DNA of 63,126 nucleotides, counting the filler. It is 10 parts of 10 records of this genome, joined end to end, with 100 filler letters (N's around TTAATTAATTAA, not from the genome) between each part and the next. Parts side by side here need not be neighbours in the genome. Positions count along the whole stretch, not along the records: positions 29,314 to 34,456 come from SRR31147125_140528; positions 34,557 to 42,261 come from SRR31147125_140852; positions 42,362 to 47,996 come from SRR31147125_140968; 7 more parts are not named here. The stretch is one strand, 5' to 3'. A program made the position numbers and the translations under genes. The notes beneath the pieces were generated by a model, which searched no databases, was not told the DNA's origin, and saw only the letters and a list, made by a program, of their open reading frames with translations. Shown one piece after another: positions 32,953 to 43,282 of this stretch (its first letter is position 1; every line of letters begins with the position of its first letter).

Positions 32953-33738
32953 TTAACGGACCAGTTGACTGGTCATCTGCAACATTTCGTCAGCCGTTGT
33001 GATGGCCTTCGAATTCACCTCATAGGCACGTTGTCCGGCGATCATATTGACCATCTCTTCCATAATGTTGACATTGGAGCCTTCGAGAAAACCCTGAGAC
33101 AGAGTGCCGAACCCTTCTTCACCGGGGGTACCGCCAATCGGTGCGCCGGTTGTCGGCGTTTCTGCGTAGAGGTTGCGGCCAAGACTACTCAGACCCGAAG
33201 GGTTACCAAAGCGCACCAGTTCAAGTGTCCCGACCTGGGTCGGGGTACTCTCACCGTCAAGAAGCGCATCAACGGTTCCGCCACTGCCGATGGTGACCGA
33301 GGTGGCGCCTTCAGGGATCGTTACTGTCGGAACAATCGGATAGCCATCCGAGGTGACCAGCTGACCACTACTGTCCTTTTTCAACGCCCCGGAGCGGGTA
33401 AACGCGTCGGTTCCATCCGGCAATGACACCTGGAAAAAACCTGCGCCTTCGATCGCAACGTCCAACTCATTTTCCGTCTGCTGAAAATCACCCGAGGTAA
33501 ATACCTTCTGTACAGCCGCAACCCGTGACCCCAGGCCGACCTGCACACCAGTCGGAACTTCACCTCCGTCAACGCCTGTGCCAGCTGCACGTGTCGTCTG
33601 GTAGAGGATGTCCTGAAAGTCCGCCCGGCTCTTCTTGAAACCGGTGCTGTTAACGTTGGCCAGGTTGTTGGCAATCACGTCCATGTTCACCTGCTGTGAT
33701 TGCATTCCGGTCGATGCGGTCCAAAGTGCTCTGATCAT
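32953..33738 (-). CDS. flgG: Flagellar distal rod protein
   Basis: MIRALWTASTGM, IANNLANVN, and LEGSNVNIMEEMVNMI..QRAYE. Confidence 0.97.
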   Translation of the reverse strand: MIRALWTASTGMQSQQVNMDVIANNLANVNSTGFKKSRADFQDILYQTTRAAGTGVDGGEVPTGVQVGLGSRVAAVQKVFTSGDFQQTENELDVAIEGAGFFQVSLPDGTDAFTRSGALKKDSSGQLVTSDGYPIVPTVTIPEGATSVTIGSGGTVDALLDGESTPTQVGTLELVRFGNPSGLSSLGRNLYAETPTTGAPIGGTPGEEGFGTLSQGFLEGSNVNIMEEMVNMIAGQRAYEVNSKAITTADEMLQMTSQLVR

Positions 33739-33779
33739 AGTGATCTCCTTCTCAACAGAGGCGTCAGCCCCCAATTCTG

Positions 33780-34456
33780 TTACTGAATCAATCCCAGCTG
33801 ATTGGCTTTCTCATCCATATCGCTGTATATTTTCAACGCTTTTTGCGTCGCTTCAAAAGCTCTCAGATTGGTCGTCATCCGCGCCATCTCTCTCATCATA
33901 TCGATGTTTGAGCTCTCCAGATTGTTCTGCACAACCAGAGGCTCGGCGTGAAGTTCCGGTTGCGTTTCATCACGCGGGACAAACAGCTCATTACCGGCTT
34001 TCTGCAGGACGCTGGTATCGGCAAAAACGAACAGACCAACCTGTCCGACCTGAGTCTCCTTATCCCAGATCGAGCCATCGTCAAGGATATCAACGTCGGG
34101 GTGTGGCAGTGTTATTTGAGCACCGGCTGCGTCCATCACCGGGAACCCGTTGGTATTAATCAATTGTCCGTCGCCATTGAGCTGAAAATTACCCTTGCGT
34201 GTGTAGCCGAAGGTTCCGTCTGGGCGTTGAATCTGGAAAAAGCCCTCGCCGTTGATCGCCAGGTCAAGGGTATCACCGCTGTACTCAATATGGCCCGGGG
34301 TGAAGTCGATCTCTTCTTGCGTCAGTCGGCTGTAGTTGGTTGCCTTGGTCGCCATACCCGAGGTGGCTTCCCCGAGCTTCGCCTCAAAGGTCACCACCCC
34401 CTTTTTATAACCGGGAGTTTGGCCCGCCGCGAGATGCTCACTGATGTTATCCAGCA
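33780..34456 (-). CDS. flgF: Flagellar rod protein (5' truncated)
   Basis: DLAINGEGFF, YTRKGNF and LESSNID; lies upstream of flgG. Confidence 0.85.
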
Positions 34457-35098
34457 NNNNNNNNNNNNNNNNNNNNNNNNNNNNNNNNNNNNNNNNNNNN
34501 TTAATTAATTAANNNNNNNNNNNNNNNNNNNNNNNNNNNNNNNNNNNNNNNNNNNNGGTGTTACAAAATCACTTGACCATTACACATTTTCCCATCATGA
34601 ATTGATTCCTTCCAGTTTGCTTATTATGTATAGCACATGATATTAAGGTACGTCCCAAATCAAGTATGTTATGGCCGCTGGCGACGGCCTCCATGACACG
34701 CTTGACGCAGTCCTGCCATTTGATCGCAGAAAGTGACGCATGAGTAGCGGGCTGCACTCTTAATGAACTGCCCATTTTTGCTTTAACGCACACTCTCACC
34801 GCCCGCGTCCCTTACATTATGTTACCATATCCGACAAAAATCAACACAGCACGCTGTCGGTTGCGGGACGCGGAGGACAGCGGCCTTACATGCTGGAACG
34901 GCGGGATGTGCAAGATGGGTTTTTGATAAATTATGGAGCCAATAAGACTCAACCACGCAAAACGGCAAACTCATGCATTGAGCTTGCCGTTTTTTGTTAC
35001 ATCCTAAAATTGATTAATTTGATTGAAATCTCTATAATAAAGCAATGTGGACGGTCAACCGTCCGTAAATTTTAAGATAACGCAAAGGCCGTGGGGGA

Positions 35099-35689
35099 TT
35101 GATTTTGCCGGAAAATAAAAGAAACCTGTATTTTAAGCTGTTTACAACGGCCTTATATATCAGCTCGTTTACGTTCGGCGGCGGCTTCGTCATCGTGACG
35201 CTGATGAAAAAGAAATTTGTGGATGACCTCAAATGGATCGGGGATGAGGAGATGCTCAATCTCGCGGCCATCGCCCAGTCGTCTCCCGGCGCGGTCGCCG
35301 TCAACGCGTCGATCCTGCTGGGATATCAGCTGGCGGGCGTATTGGGCGCGCTGGTGACGATTTTAGGCACCATCCTGCCGCCGCTCGTGATCATCACGAT
35401 CATTTCTTTTTTCTATACGGCGTTTCGGGATAACGCCGTGGTCCAGGCGGTTTTGAAGGGGATGCAGTCCGGCGTGGCGGCGGTGATTGCGGACGTTGTG
35501 ATCAGTCTCGGGACGGACGTCGTGAAGAAAAAAGAAGCCGTTTCCATCCTGGTGATGGCGGCGGCCTTCGGCGCGACCTTTTTCCTGAAGATCAACGTCA
35601 TGTACATCATCCTGGGCTGCGCTGCAATCGGCGCTGTCAAGGTCCTTCTCCAACAGCGAAAAGCGAAAAAAGGCGTGAAAACACCATGA
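35099..35689 (+). CDS. chrA: Chromate transporter (short CHR), subunit 1
   Basis: FTFGGGF, AQSSPG and GTILPP. Confidence 0.9.
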   Translation: MILPENKRNLYFKLFTTALYISSFTFGGGFVIVTLMKKKFVDDLKWIGDEEMLNLAAIAQSSPGAVAVNASILLGYQLAGVLGALVTILGTILPPLVIITIISFFYTAFRDNAVVQAVLKGMQSGVAAVIADVVISLGTDVVKKKEAVSILVMAAAFGATFFLKINVMYIILGCAAIGAVKVLLQQRKAKKGVKTP

Positions 35690-36249
35690 CACTGCTGCAA
35701 TTATTCTGGAGCTTCATACAGATCGGGCTGTTCAGCTTCGGCGGCGGGCTGGCGGCAATGCCGCTGATCCAAAACCAGATCGTTGACATCCATCACTGGC
35801 TGACCCTATCGGAGTTTACAGACCTTATATCCATCGCGTCCATGACGCCCGGCCCCATTGCCATCAATTCCGCCACGTTTGTGGGGTTTCGCGTCGCGGG
35901 CATTCCCGGCATATTCGTCGCGACCCTCGGCTGCATTATCCCGTCGTGCATTATTGTTTTGCTGCTGGCGTGGCTTTACTTCAAGTATAAGGAGCTGACG
36001 CTTATTCAGGGTATTCTTGAGGGGCTTCGCCCGGCAGTGGTGGCGCTTATCGCGTCCGCGGGGCTGACCATACTGATTTTCGCCGTCTGGAACGACAGCG
36101 CCGTCAGCTGGAGCCTTGACAGCGTCAATTTTATTGCCGTCCTGTTATTCGCCGCCGCCCTTTTTGTCCTGCGAAAATGGAAGCCAAACCCCGTTTTTGT
36201 GATGCTCGGCTCGGGCATTATCGGCGGCCTCATTTACCTGCTGATCTGA
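35686..36249 (+). CDS. chrA: Chromate transporter (short CHR), subunit 2
   Basis: FSFGGG and MTPGPIAINSATFVG; ATGA overlap with subunit 1. Confidence 0.9.
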   Translation: MTLLQLFWSFIQIGLFSFGGGLAAMPLIQNQIVDIHHWLTLSEFTDLISIASMTPGPIAINSATFVGFRVAGIPGIFVATLGCIIPSCIIVLLLAWLYFKYKELTLIQGILEGLRPAVVALIASAGLTILIFAVWNDSAVSWSLDSVNFIAVLLFAAALFVLRKWKPNPVFVMLGSGIIGGLIYLLI

Positions 36250-36290
36250 TTTGTCGGAAAAGCCGCACCAGCGGCTTTGTCGACAGTCTG

Positions 36291-36324
36291 AAACGGCGGA
36301 CACGTTTAGGTGTCCGCCGTTTTT
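36291..36324. terminator. Bidirectional intrinsic terminator
   Basis: AAACGGCGGACAC-N6-GTGTCCGCCGTTTTT between convergent genes. Confidence 0.8.
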
Positions 36325-36356
36325 CATGTGTTCAATTCTCGCTGCTTTAGTCCGGG

Positions 36357-37244
36357 TTATTTTTCGATCAAGCCCTGGGAAACCAGGAAATCGTGGGCAA
36401 CGGTCTCCGCCTTGAGGCCCTCGGAATCGATCTGGGCGTTGAGATCCTGCATGGTCGCCTCGTCAATAATGCCGCCGAGCTTATTGAGCGCGTCCGCAAT
36501 TTCGGGATACTGGTCCAGCGTGTCCTGGCGGACGACGGGGAGCGCGTTGTACGGCGGGAAAAAGCCCTTGTCGTCTTCCAGAATGACCAGATTATTGACC
36601 TTCAGCTGGCCGTCCGTAGAATACGAGTCGATAACGTCCACCTCGCCCTGGGTTAGCGAGGGGTACATAATGCCGTGGTCCATACCCTTGACGTCGCCAA
36701 AGTTCATGCCATAGGCCTCCTGCAGGCCGGGATAGCCGTCGGGACGGTCTTTAAACTCAAATTCGCAGCCCATCACAAGCTCAGGCGCGATAGCGACCAA
36801 ATCGCTGAAAGTTTTGAGACTATATTGCTGCGCTGTCTCCTGAGTCACAGCAAGCGTGTAGGTGTTGTTAAATCCGAACTGGTCGGTTAGCATATAGCCG
36901 TCTGCCGAGGTCAGATCCTTGGCTTTCTGCAGGGTCTCCTCGGCGGTGCCGGTTTCGCCCTGATAGTAGTTGGCAACAATGGTGCCGGTATAGTCGGGAT
37001 ATAGCTGAATATCGTTATTTACAAGCGCGTTCCACGCGACGTTGCTGCCGCCCAGGTTGACCTTGCGCTCAACCGTCAGGTCCGTGTTGGCTTCGATAAT
37101 ATCCGCCATCATATGAGCCAGCAGGATATTTTCCGTAAAGTTTTTCGAGCCCACCGTGATCGTGCCCTTAGACTGGCTCTTGCCGCAGCCAAACAGCAGC
37201 GCGACAAGAATGAGCGAAGTGAGTATGGCGATAAATTTTTTCAT
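36357..37244 (-). CDS. Osmoprotectant ABC transporter substrate-binding lipoprotein (OpuCC-like)
   Basis: Lipobox LFGC, VGSKNFTE, YPDYTGT, GFNNTY and FFPPY. Confidence 0.9.
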   Translation of the reverse strand: MKKFIAILTSLILVALLFGCGKSQSKGTITVGSKNFTENILLAHMMADIIEANTDLTVERKVNLGGSNVAWNALVNNDIQLYPDYTGTIVANYYQGETGTAEETLQKAKDLTSADGYMLTDQFGFNNTYTLAVTQETAQQYSLKTFSDLVAIAPELVMGCEFEFKDRPDGYPGLQEAYGMNFGDVKGMDHGIMYPSLTQGEVDVIDSYSTDGQLKVNNLVILEDDKGFFPPYNALPVVRQDTLDQYPEIADALNKLGGIIDEATMQDLNAQIDSEGLKAETVAHDFLVSQGLIEK

Positions 37245-37256
37245 GTAGTTCTCCTT

Positions 37257-37912
37257 TTACAATTTAAGTCCCTTTGGGGTTGTCGCGCTTTCCAGCCGGC
37301 CAAGCAGCCAATCCAGTATCAGCGCGAGAATCGCGGCCGGGAACGCGCCAAGAAGGATGAGCGCGTCAATGTTTCTCTGGATGCCGGTAAAAATAAAATC
37401 ACCCAGGCCGCCCGCGCCGATGAACGCGGCCAGCGTAGCCGTGCCGACGTTGATAACCGTCGCTGTACGTATGCCGGCCATGATAACGCTGAGCGCCAGC
37501 GGCAATTCAATTTTAAATAAGATCTGCTTGTCCGTCATACCCATGCCGCGGGCCGCCTCAATGGTCGCCTGATCCACATCCTTGATGCCCGTAAACGTGT
37601 TGCGGATGACGGGAAGCAGGGAATACAGGAAAAGCGCCGCCACAGCCGTTTTGATGCCGATGCCGAACAGCGGAATCATAAAGCCGAGCAGGGCCAGGCT
37701 GGGGATCGTCTGCAGAATACCGGCTACGCCGAGAACGCCCCCTGCAAGGCTTTTACGCGCGTAATCAAAATACCGAGCGGTATACCGATCGCAATGGCGA
37801 TCAGCATGGAGAAAAATACTAATTGAACGTGCTGGAATAAAGCCTGCAGCAAATCCTGCCACCGCATTTGAAATTGACGGGCAATTTGTTCCCACAACGA
37901 TAAGCTACTCAT
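37257..37912 (-). CDS. Osmoprotectant ABC permease (OpuCB-like); one-base frameshift near 37752
   Basis: QTIPSLALL, EAARGMGM and GAGGLG. The N-terminus lies in the frame of ORF 37724-38008 and is joined by adding one A to an A run. Confidence 0.88.
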
Positions 37913-39041
37913 CGACGCCCTCCTTCTCCTCTGTCCACTGGCTCGCAAATGCCGACAGCAGCGACCCGCGGGTGACAATGCCCTTGACCTTATTATTGTT
38001 GTCCACAACCGGTATAACGCCGTAAGGCGCTTGGGTCATTTCTACTAAAGCGTCCTTAGCGGACGCCGCAATATTCAGCACCGGCTCGGCCGGTTTCATA
38101 ATATTGGCGATAGTATTGATATTGTCCGGCTTGGCCTGCAGGTCATACGCCGAAATAATGCCCAGGAGCTTTTGATCTCCATCCGCAACAATCAGTGTGT
38201 CCGTTTTCCGCTGGCGCATGAGGCTCATCGCGTGCGCGGGTTTACGGTCCGGCGTAGTCGTAGCCGGATGGTCACGCATAATATCAGACACCGGAATGAG
38301 ATCCGGATTTTGATAAATCCTGTTTTTGCCGATGAACTCTTCCACAAAGCCATGCGTTGGATTGAGCAGCAGCTGATCCGGCGAATCCAGCTGTAGAATC
38401 TCGCCGGAACGCATAATGGCAATCCGGTCCCCCAGCTTGAGGGCTTCGTCCATATCGTGCGTGACGAACACGATCGTCTTATGCATATTGGCCTGCAGCT
38501 TTAAAAGCTCGTCCTGCAGCTGTTCTCGCGTAATCGGATCAAGCGCGCCGAAGGGCTCGTCCATCAAGATAATATTGGGGTTGGCGGCCAGTGCCCGGAC
38601 AACGCCGACGCGCTGCTGCTGTCCGCCGGACAGCTCCTTTGGATATCTTTTAGCAAAAACACCCGGGTCCAGATCCACCATGGTCAATAACTCTTCAACA
38701 CGGCTTTTTATTTTATTCTCATCCCATTTTTTCAGCTGCGGAATCAGCGCAATGTTTTCCTCAATGGTGTAATGGGGAAAAAGCCCGATTTGCTGGATGA
38801 CGTAGCCGATATCTCTGCGCAGCATAACGGGGTCCATTTCATTGATGTCCTGCCCGTCAATCGAAATCGTCCCGCCGGTGTGGGAAATAAGGCGGTTAAT
38901 CATTTTCATCGTCGTGGTCTTGCCACAGCCGCTGGGCCCGATGAGTATGACAATTTCACCGCTATTGATTGTAAAACTTAAAGATTTGACCGCTTCAAAG
39001 CCGTCGCCATACGTTTTACTCACTTGATTAAATTCAATCAT
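37905..39041 (-). CDS. Osmoprotectant ABC ATPase with CBS domains (OpuCA-like)
   Basis: GPSGCGKT, LSGGQQQR, MDEPF, and a C-terminal CBS pair. Confidence 0.93.
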   Translation of the reverse strand: MIEFNQVSKTYGDGFEAVKSLSFTINSGEIVILIGPSGCGKTTTMKMINRLISHTGGTISIDGQDINEMDPVMLRRDIGYVIQQIGLFPHYTIEENIALIPQLKKWDENKIKSRVEELLTMVDLDPGVFAKRYPKELSGGQQQRVGVVRALAANPNIILMDEPFGALDPITREQLQDELLKLQANMHKTIVFVTHDMDEALKLGDRIAIMRSGEILQLDSPDQLLLNPTHGFVEEFIGKNRIYQNPDLIPVSDIMRDHPATTTPDRKPAHAMSLMRQRKTDTLIVADGDQKLLGIISAYDLQAKPDNINTIANIMKPAEPVLNIAASAKDALVEMTQAPYGVIPVVDNNNKVKGIVTRGSLLSAFASQWTEEKEGVDE

Positions 39042-39164
39042 TGCCGGCCTCCTTTTAAATTAGATTTTCAAATATATCGTAGGTGCCGAACCGACAAAGC
39101 ATACTAACAATTAGGCAATGTCATTAGTGTTGCTTCCTGCCGGATGTTTATTCAGATTTGCCAA

Positions 39165-39195
39165 TTCTTGTACTTGCGGACCCATTAACCAAGAA
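39165..39195 (-). ncRNA. Candidate Na+-I (DUF1646 motif) riboswitch aptamer
   Basis: The minus strand reads UUCUUG-GUUAAUGGG-UCCG-CAAGUA-CAAGAA. This 6-bp stem encloses segments resembling my recollection of the motif's conserved core, in the 5' UTR of an osmoprotectant transporter. Confidence 0.45.
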
Positions 39196-39460
39196 ACACG
39201 AACCGCTTGTCTAACAAGTGCCCGCGGCCTCAGATGCGACCGTCAATGAGTAAAAAGCGCAACAAAAAAAGCCGTAAACAAAAACGACTTCATTTTGATA
39301 TATAACTTTTTTATGTTCGCCCAATTAAGATTAATTGACACGAAGCGTTATTTGTGTAAAAATAAGTCAGTCAGCATTGTCATATTATAGGTTTTTAAGT
39401 AATAATTGGGGCATAATGTGCACGCAATCCGCGTAACCGATGCCGACAGCGGGGGATTTG

Positions 39461-40657
39461 ATGCGGCAAAAAAATTACTACTCCAGATTCATTCCTGTTC
39501 GCAATTACGATATGGCCGGCATGGAAGCCTGGTTGTCGGACATGGCCGAGCAGGGCTTTATACTTTCCTCTTTAGGTTTTTTTCTTGGGAGCTTCACAAA
39601 AGCCGAACCGAAGCCTGTCCGGTACCAGCTTGAGCCGGCAGGCAACGACTGGAAGTATCCCAATATGACGCTGTGCGATTACTATAAGATAAACGGCTGG
39701 CGTTATATCACGACATACCGCAGGACGTTTCACGTCTTCAGGGCTGAGGATGCCGCGGCACGTGCTATCCAATCCAATCCGGTTGTCCAAAGTGCTGCCT
39801 TAAAGAAAACGTCCCGGCGGCTGTTGCATATGCTGCTTGTCTTTTTGGTAATCATGGCGAGTTTTTTCGGCCCTGCCATAAGCTTTGCATTTGACAATTT
39901 GGTCGGTAATTTAGTGCCGCGTTTCAATTTTGGCGTATATTTTGTTATTCCCGCAGTAATATTCGCAACCCTGTATGTTATAGCTTCTGCTGTGAGAAGC
40001 TCCAGGCTGCGCCGCCGCCTGTTGTCCGGCCAGCCGGCCGGGGAGCCGGAAAGCCGTAAACGCAGCACAGCTTTCAAGTTACTGGAGGTCGCGGCGCTGA
40101 TTGCACTCATTCTTGTGTTATCAGCCAAGGTGATCACCAGCAGCAAATCGGCCTTATCCGGGCCCGACCTGGTAGCGAATAAAAACAGCAATATGCCGGT
40201 CCTTTCGCTGGCAGATATTGACCCGGAGCAGTATGTTTATTATGATAACGGCGGGTTTAACTGGGATTATTCACCGTTAACCCCGGTTCAATACACGACT
40301 CATCAGAGTATCCGAAAAGAGGATCCTTATTTCTACCGGACCGTTCTGAGTACCTTATATTATAAGTTGGCGTTTTCCGGTCTCGCTAAGCCGGTTTATG
40401 ACGAAAAAATCCAGACCTGTTATGAAGACAACGAAAAGCTGTTGAGCTGCGATACGCTCGATACGGGGCTTTTTGACGAAGCGGTTTATATCCGGACTGA
40501 GTACACGTCAGACTCCATGCTCGATGATATCCCAGAAACCTATATTACGCAGCGAATCATTGCTTACCGCGACAAAACGATTGTCAAGGTCTATTACGTT
40601 GGAGACGAATATCTGCCGGATAAGCTAGAGCTTATAGCCGAAACCTTTCTCCAGTAA
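39461..40657 (+). CDS. DUF2812 membrane protein
   Basis: ME.WLSDMA.QG..L, F....PKPVRY.LE and Y...GW.YI, followed by TM helices. Confidence 0.8.
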   Translation: MRQKNYYSRFIPVRNYDMAGMEAWLSDMAEQGFILSSLGFFLGSFTKAEPKPVRYQLEPAGNDWKYPNMTLCDYYKINGWRYITTYRRTFHVFRAEDAAARAIQSNPVVQSAALKKTSRRLLHMLLVFLVIMASFFGPAISFAFDNLVGNLVPRFNFGVYFVIPAVIFATLYVIASAVRSSRLRRRLLSGQPAGEPESRKRSTAFKLLEVAALIALILVLSAKVITSSKSALSGPDLVANKNSNMPVLSLADIDPEQYVYYDNGGFNWDYSPLTPVQYTTHQSIRKEDPYFYRTVLSTLYYKLAFSGLAKPVYDEKIQTCYEDNEKLLSCDTLDTGLFDEAVYIRTEYTSDSMLDDIPETYITQRIIAYRDKTIVKVYYVGDEYLPDKLELIAETFLQ

Positions 40658-40761
40658 AACAACCGCGTGAAGCCGGCACGGCCAATACTATTACATATAG
40701 AAATTCCATGTCTTTTCAGCAGCTGAAATGCCCTGGCCGGCCGGCCGGGGCAAAATCATGG

Positions 40762-40809
40762 TTGACAATATCGAGTGTCGATAATATAATGATATCGACA
40801 CTCGATATT
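40762..40809 (+). promoter_or_regulatory. Consensus sigma70/sigmaA promoter overlapped by a double operator
   Basis: TTGACA(40762)-N17-TATAAT(40785). A perfect 17-bp inverted repeat, AATATCGAGTGTCGATA / TATCGACACTCGATATT, overlaps it. Confidence 0.9.
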
Positions 40810-40828
40810 CCTTTATATGGAGGACACC

Positions 40829-41140
40829 ATGGCCAAGAAAACACTCGAGCTTTTGACCGAGACGATGTTTTACGTCCTCATGGCGCTCCGGTCACGCGAG
40901 CTGTGCGGCACGGAAATCGCCGATTATATCCATCAAAAAACAGCCGGGCGCGTTTCCATCGGCCCCGGCACGCTGTATACAATCCTATCCAAATTCATGA
41001 CGGAAAAGCTGATCGAAGAAGTGAAAGTAACCGGCCGCAAGCGAACGTACGCGATCACACCAGACGGTCGCTCCGCCTATATCGATGAGCTTAAACGGCT
41101 CAAGCTCTGCGTCGCCGACGCTGAAAGCGAGGGAGTATAA
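40829..41140 (+). CDS. PadR-family transcriptional regulator
   Basis: LTETMFYVLMAL, IGPGTLYTILSK and RKRTYAITPDG; GGAGG RBS. Confidence 0.92.
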   Translation: MAKKTLELLTETMFYVLMALRSRELCGTEIADYIHQKTAGRVSIGPGTLYTILSKFMTEKLIEEVKVTGRKRTYAITPDGRSAYIDELKRLKLCVADAESEGV

Positions 41141-42261
41141 TGTCTGTCAAGCTATATCGGAGGCCCATCCTGGTCAGTCAATACGACATCACCGGCATGG
41201 AGACCTGGCTGGAGAAAAATGCGGAAAAAGGATTGTTATTGTACGATTTAGGATGTTTTTATGGGAAATTCACAAAGTCCGAGCCCAAAAAAGTCCGTTA
41301 CCGTCTGGAGCCGGTGGGCAGTGACCCGGAATACCCGACCCTTCTCATGAAGGACTTATATGAAGAAAACGGCTGGCGTTATATCGCAACATTCCGTAAA
41401 TTATTCCATGTCTTCATGACGGAGGACGTCACCGCACAGGAAATCCATACAGACCCGGTTGTTCAAAACGAAACGATGAAAACAATGAGCCGCCGCCGGC
41501 GTAATTCCATCGTTTATTCTTTTGTTTATGAGGTTGTTTTTATCGGCTTGACTATTTACGGGCTGACATTACGAGACCAATGGGTCAGCCATTTTATACT
41601 GGGTCGTGATTCCGCCCTATTTGTGCTCATACCGATCTATATTCTCATGGGTATCGTCATCATCGTTTCTACCCGACCCATGGCAAAGCTTCGGCGCAGC
41701 CTGCGTGCAGGCCGGCCGATCGAGCATCGCAGCAGCTATAAGCGCGCCGTCATGTTTAACGGTTTTACCGCGCTGCTGATACTGGTATCCTCATTCTTGC
41801 TTGTATCCACGCTGATCTTAATTAATACGACGGGGTTTAGCAGCATGCGTTCTTTGTCCGATGCACGAAGCGATATGCCGGTCCTGCGCCTTGAGGCTTT
41901 AGACCCCGATTATGCAGACTATTCCGACGGACATTTTTACCGGGAGTATTCGCCGCTCGTACCGAAACAGTATGTGGTTATGCAAGGCTTAAACACGGAA
42001 GATACCCACATGCAGACCGTGCTGCAAACGGAATATTATAAAACGGCGTTCTCCTGTCTGGTCGATACCGTATATGATGAAATGATCCACAGCAGCTTTG
42101 AGCGCATAAATGTAACGACGGCTGAGTTTGAAATGTCCGACTACGAAACGCTTAATACGCCGCTGTTTGACGAGGCGGCCTACGCCCGGATTAAAAACCC
42201 ATCGTCTAGCCCCAACCCGGACAACTATGCGCAGTACATCATCGCTTACCGCGATAAAACA
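41140..42261 (+). CDS. DUF2812 membrane protein (paralogue of 39461-40657; 3' truncated)
   Basis: METWLEKNAEKG, KKVRYRLEP and YEENGWRYIA; TAATG coupling to padR. Confidence 0.8.
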
Positions 42262-42361
42262 NNNNNNNNNNNNNNNNNNNNNNNNNNNNNNNNNNNNNNN
42301 NNNNNTTAATTAATTAANNNNNNNNNNNNNNNNNNNNNNNNNNNNNNNNNNNNNNNNNNNN

Positions 42362-43119
42362 CCCTGGCGTGTCAGGTTCCAGTTTTCTTTTGTCCATGGG
42401 TTTGAATTCTCATTATGGCTGGGCCTGCCTGCTGCCTGGGCCTCTGCCATCAGCCGTTTGGCAAGGGCTGGTTTATCGCGCACTATGCGGCCCTGAGCTG
42501 TAACATTGAAATGCTCCCCTTTTATGAACGGATTCGGGCCGGTGTGGGTGATTCCCCCTTGGCTGTTTTTATTGGCCGCCTGCTGAGCTTTTCCCGAATT
42601 GAATAGAAATGTATAGTCGGGATTCCGGGCCATGGATTTAACGAACTCATCCAGGGGCTGGGCTGTGTCCATGCCCGAAGGGCTGTCATTTTTGCGTATA
42701 CTGGCCTTTCCATGCTCATCAACTGTGATACTGCCAAGCTGTTTGGCTAATTTGCAGGCAAGGTCAGGGTTGACCGCCCCGGCCTCTTTAACGGTTTTTT
42801 CAAGTGCAAAGTCAACGCCTATGGCGTTCAGTTTTTCTCCCAATTTAGCTGCTTCTTCCAAAGCCTTTTCACGAAACCGGATAGACCGGTCAGCCAGGGA
42901 CAGGGCGGCTTTGTCCTTGGCATCCAGGGTGTCCGGCTCCTTGCCATTGATAAATTCCCGAACGGCCTTGGCCCGCTCAAGTGCAATGAGGTCGCCCCAG
43001 GCTTCATTTATCCGACCTGGGGCCTGGTGGATCTGGTATGCCTTCGGGTGGCTTGCAGGGATTGTGGTTTTAAGGGTTGCTGCGGCTTTCTGTGCTTTAA
43101 TGATATCGGTCAATTTCAT
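42362..43119 (-). CDS. Phage capsid scaffolding-like protein (3' truncated)
   Basis: AGGAG RBS and a helical body. The C-terminal NPF.K.EHFN.T.QG.I.RD.P.LA..L...A motif is followed by a second copy starting NPWTKENWNLTRQ. Confidence 0.65.
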
Positions 43120-43282
43120 TGTGAATACTCCTATAATTTGGTTGGGCATAAGTGCCCGTCTTTACTTCGTTGCGAAAATTGCGATTTAATGGGTGTTTTT
43201 ACCTGAGGCTATACGGTTGTGTGCCTCAGAGTGTAAAACACCCCTCAGATGGCATTTGATGGCTTTGTGGCATGTAATTTAC

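Noticed and set aside
39079-39110. CCGAACCGACA...CTAAC resembling the 3' part of a c-di-AMP riboswitch
   Set aside because: It is on the wrong strand for the transporter operon and the rest of the aptamer is missing
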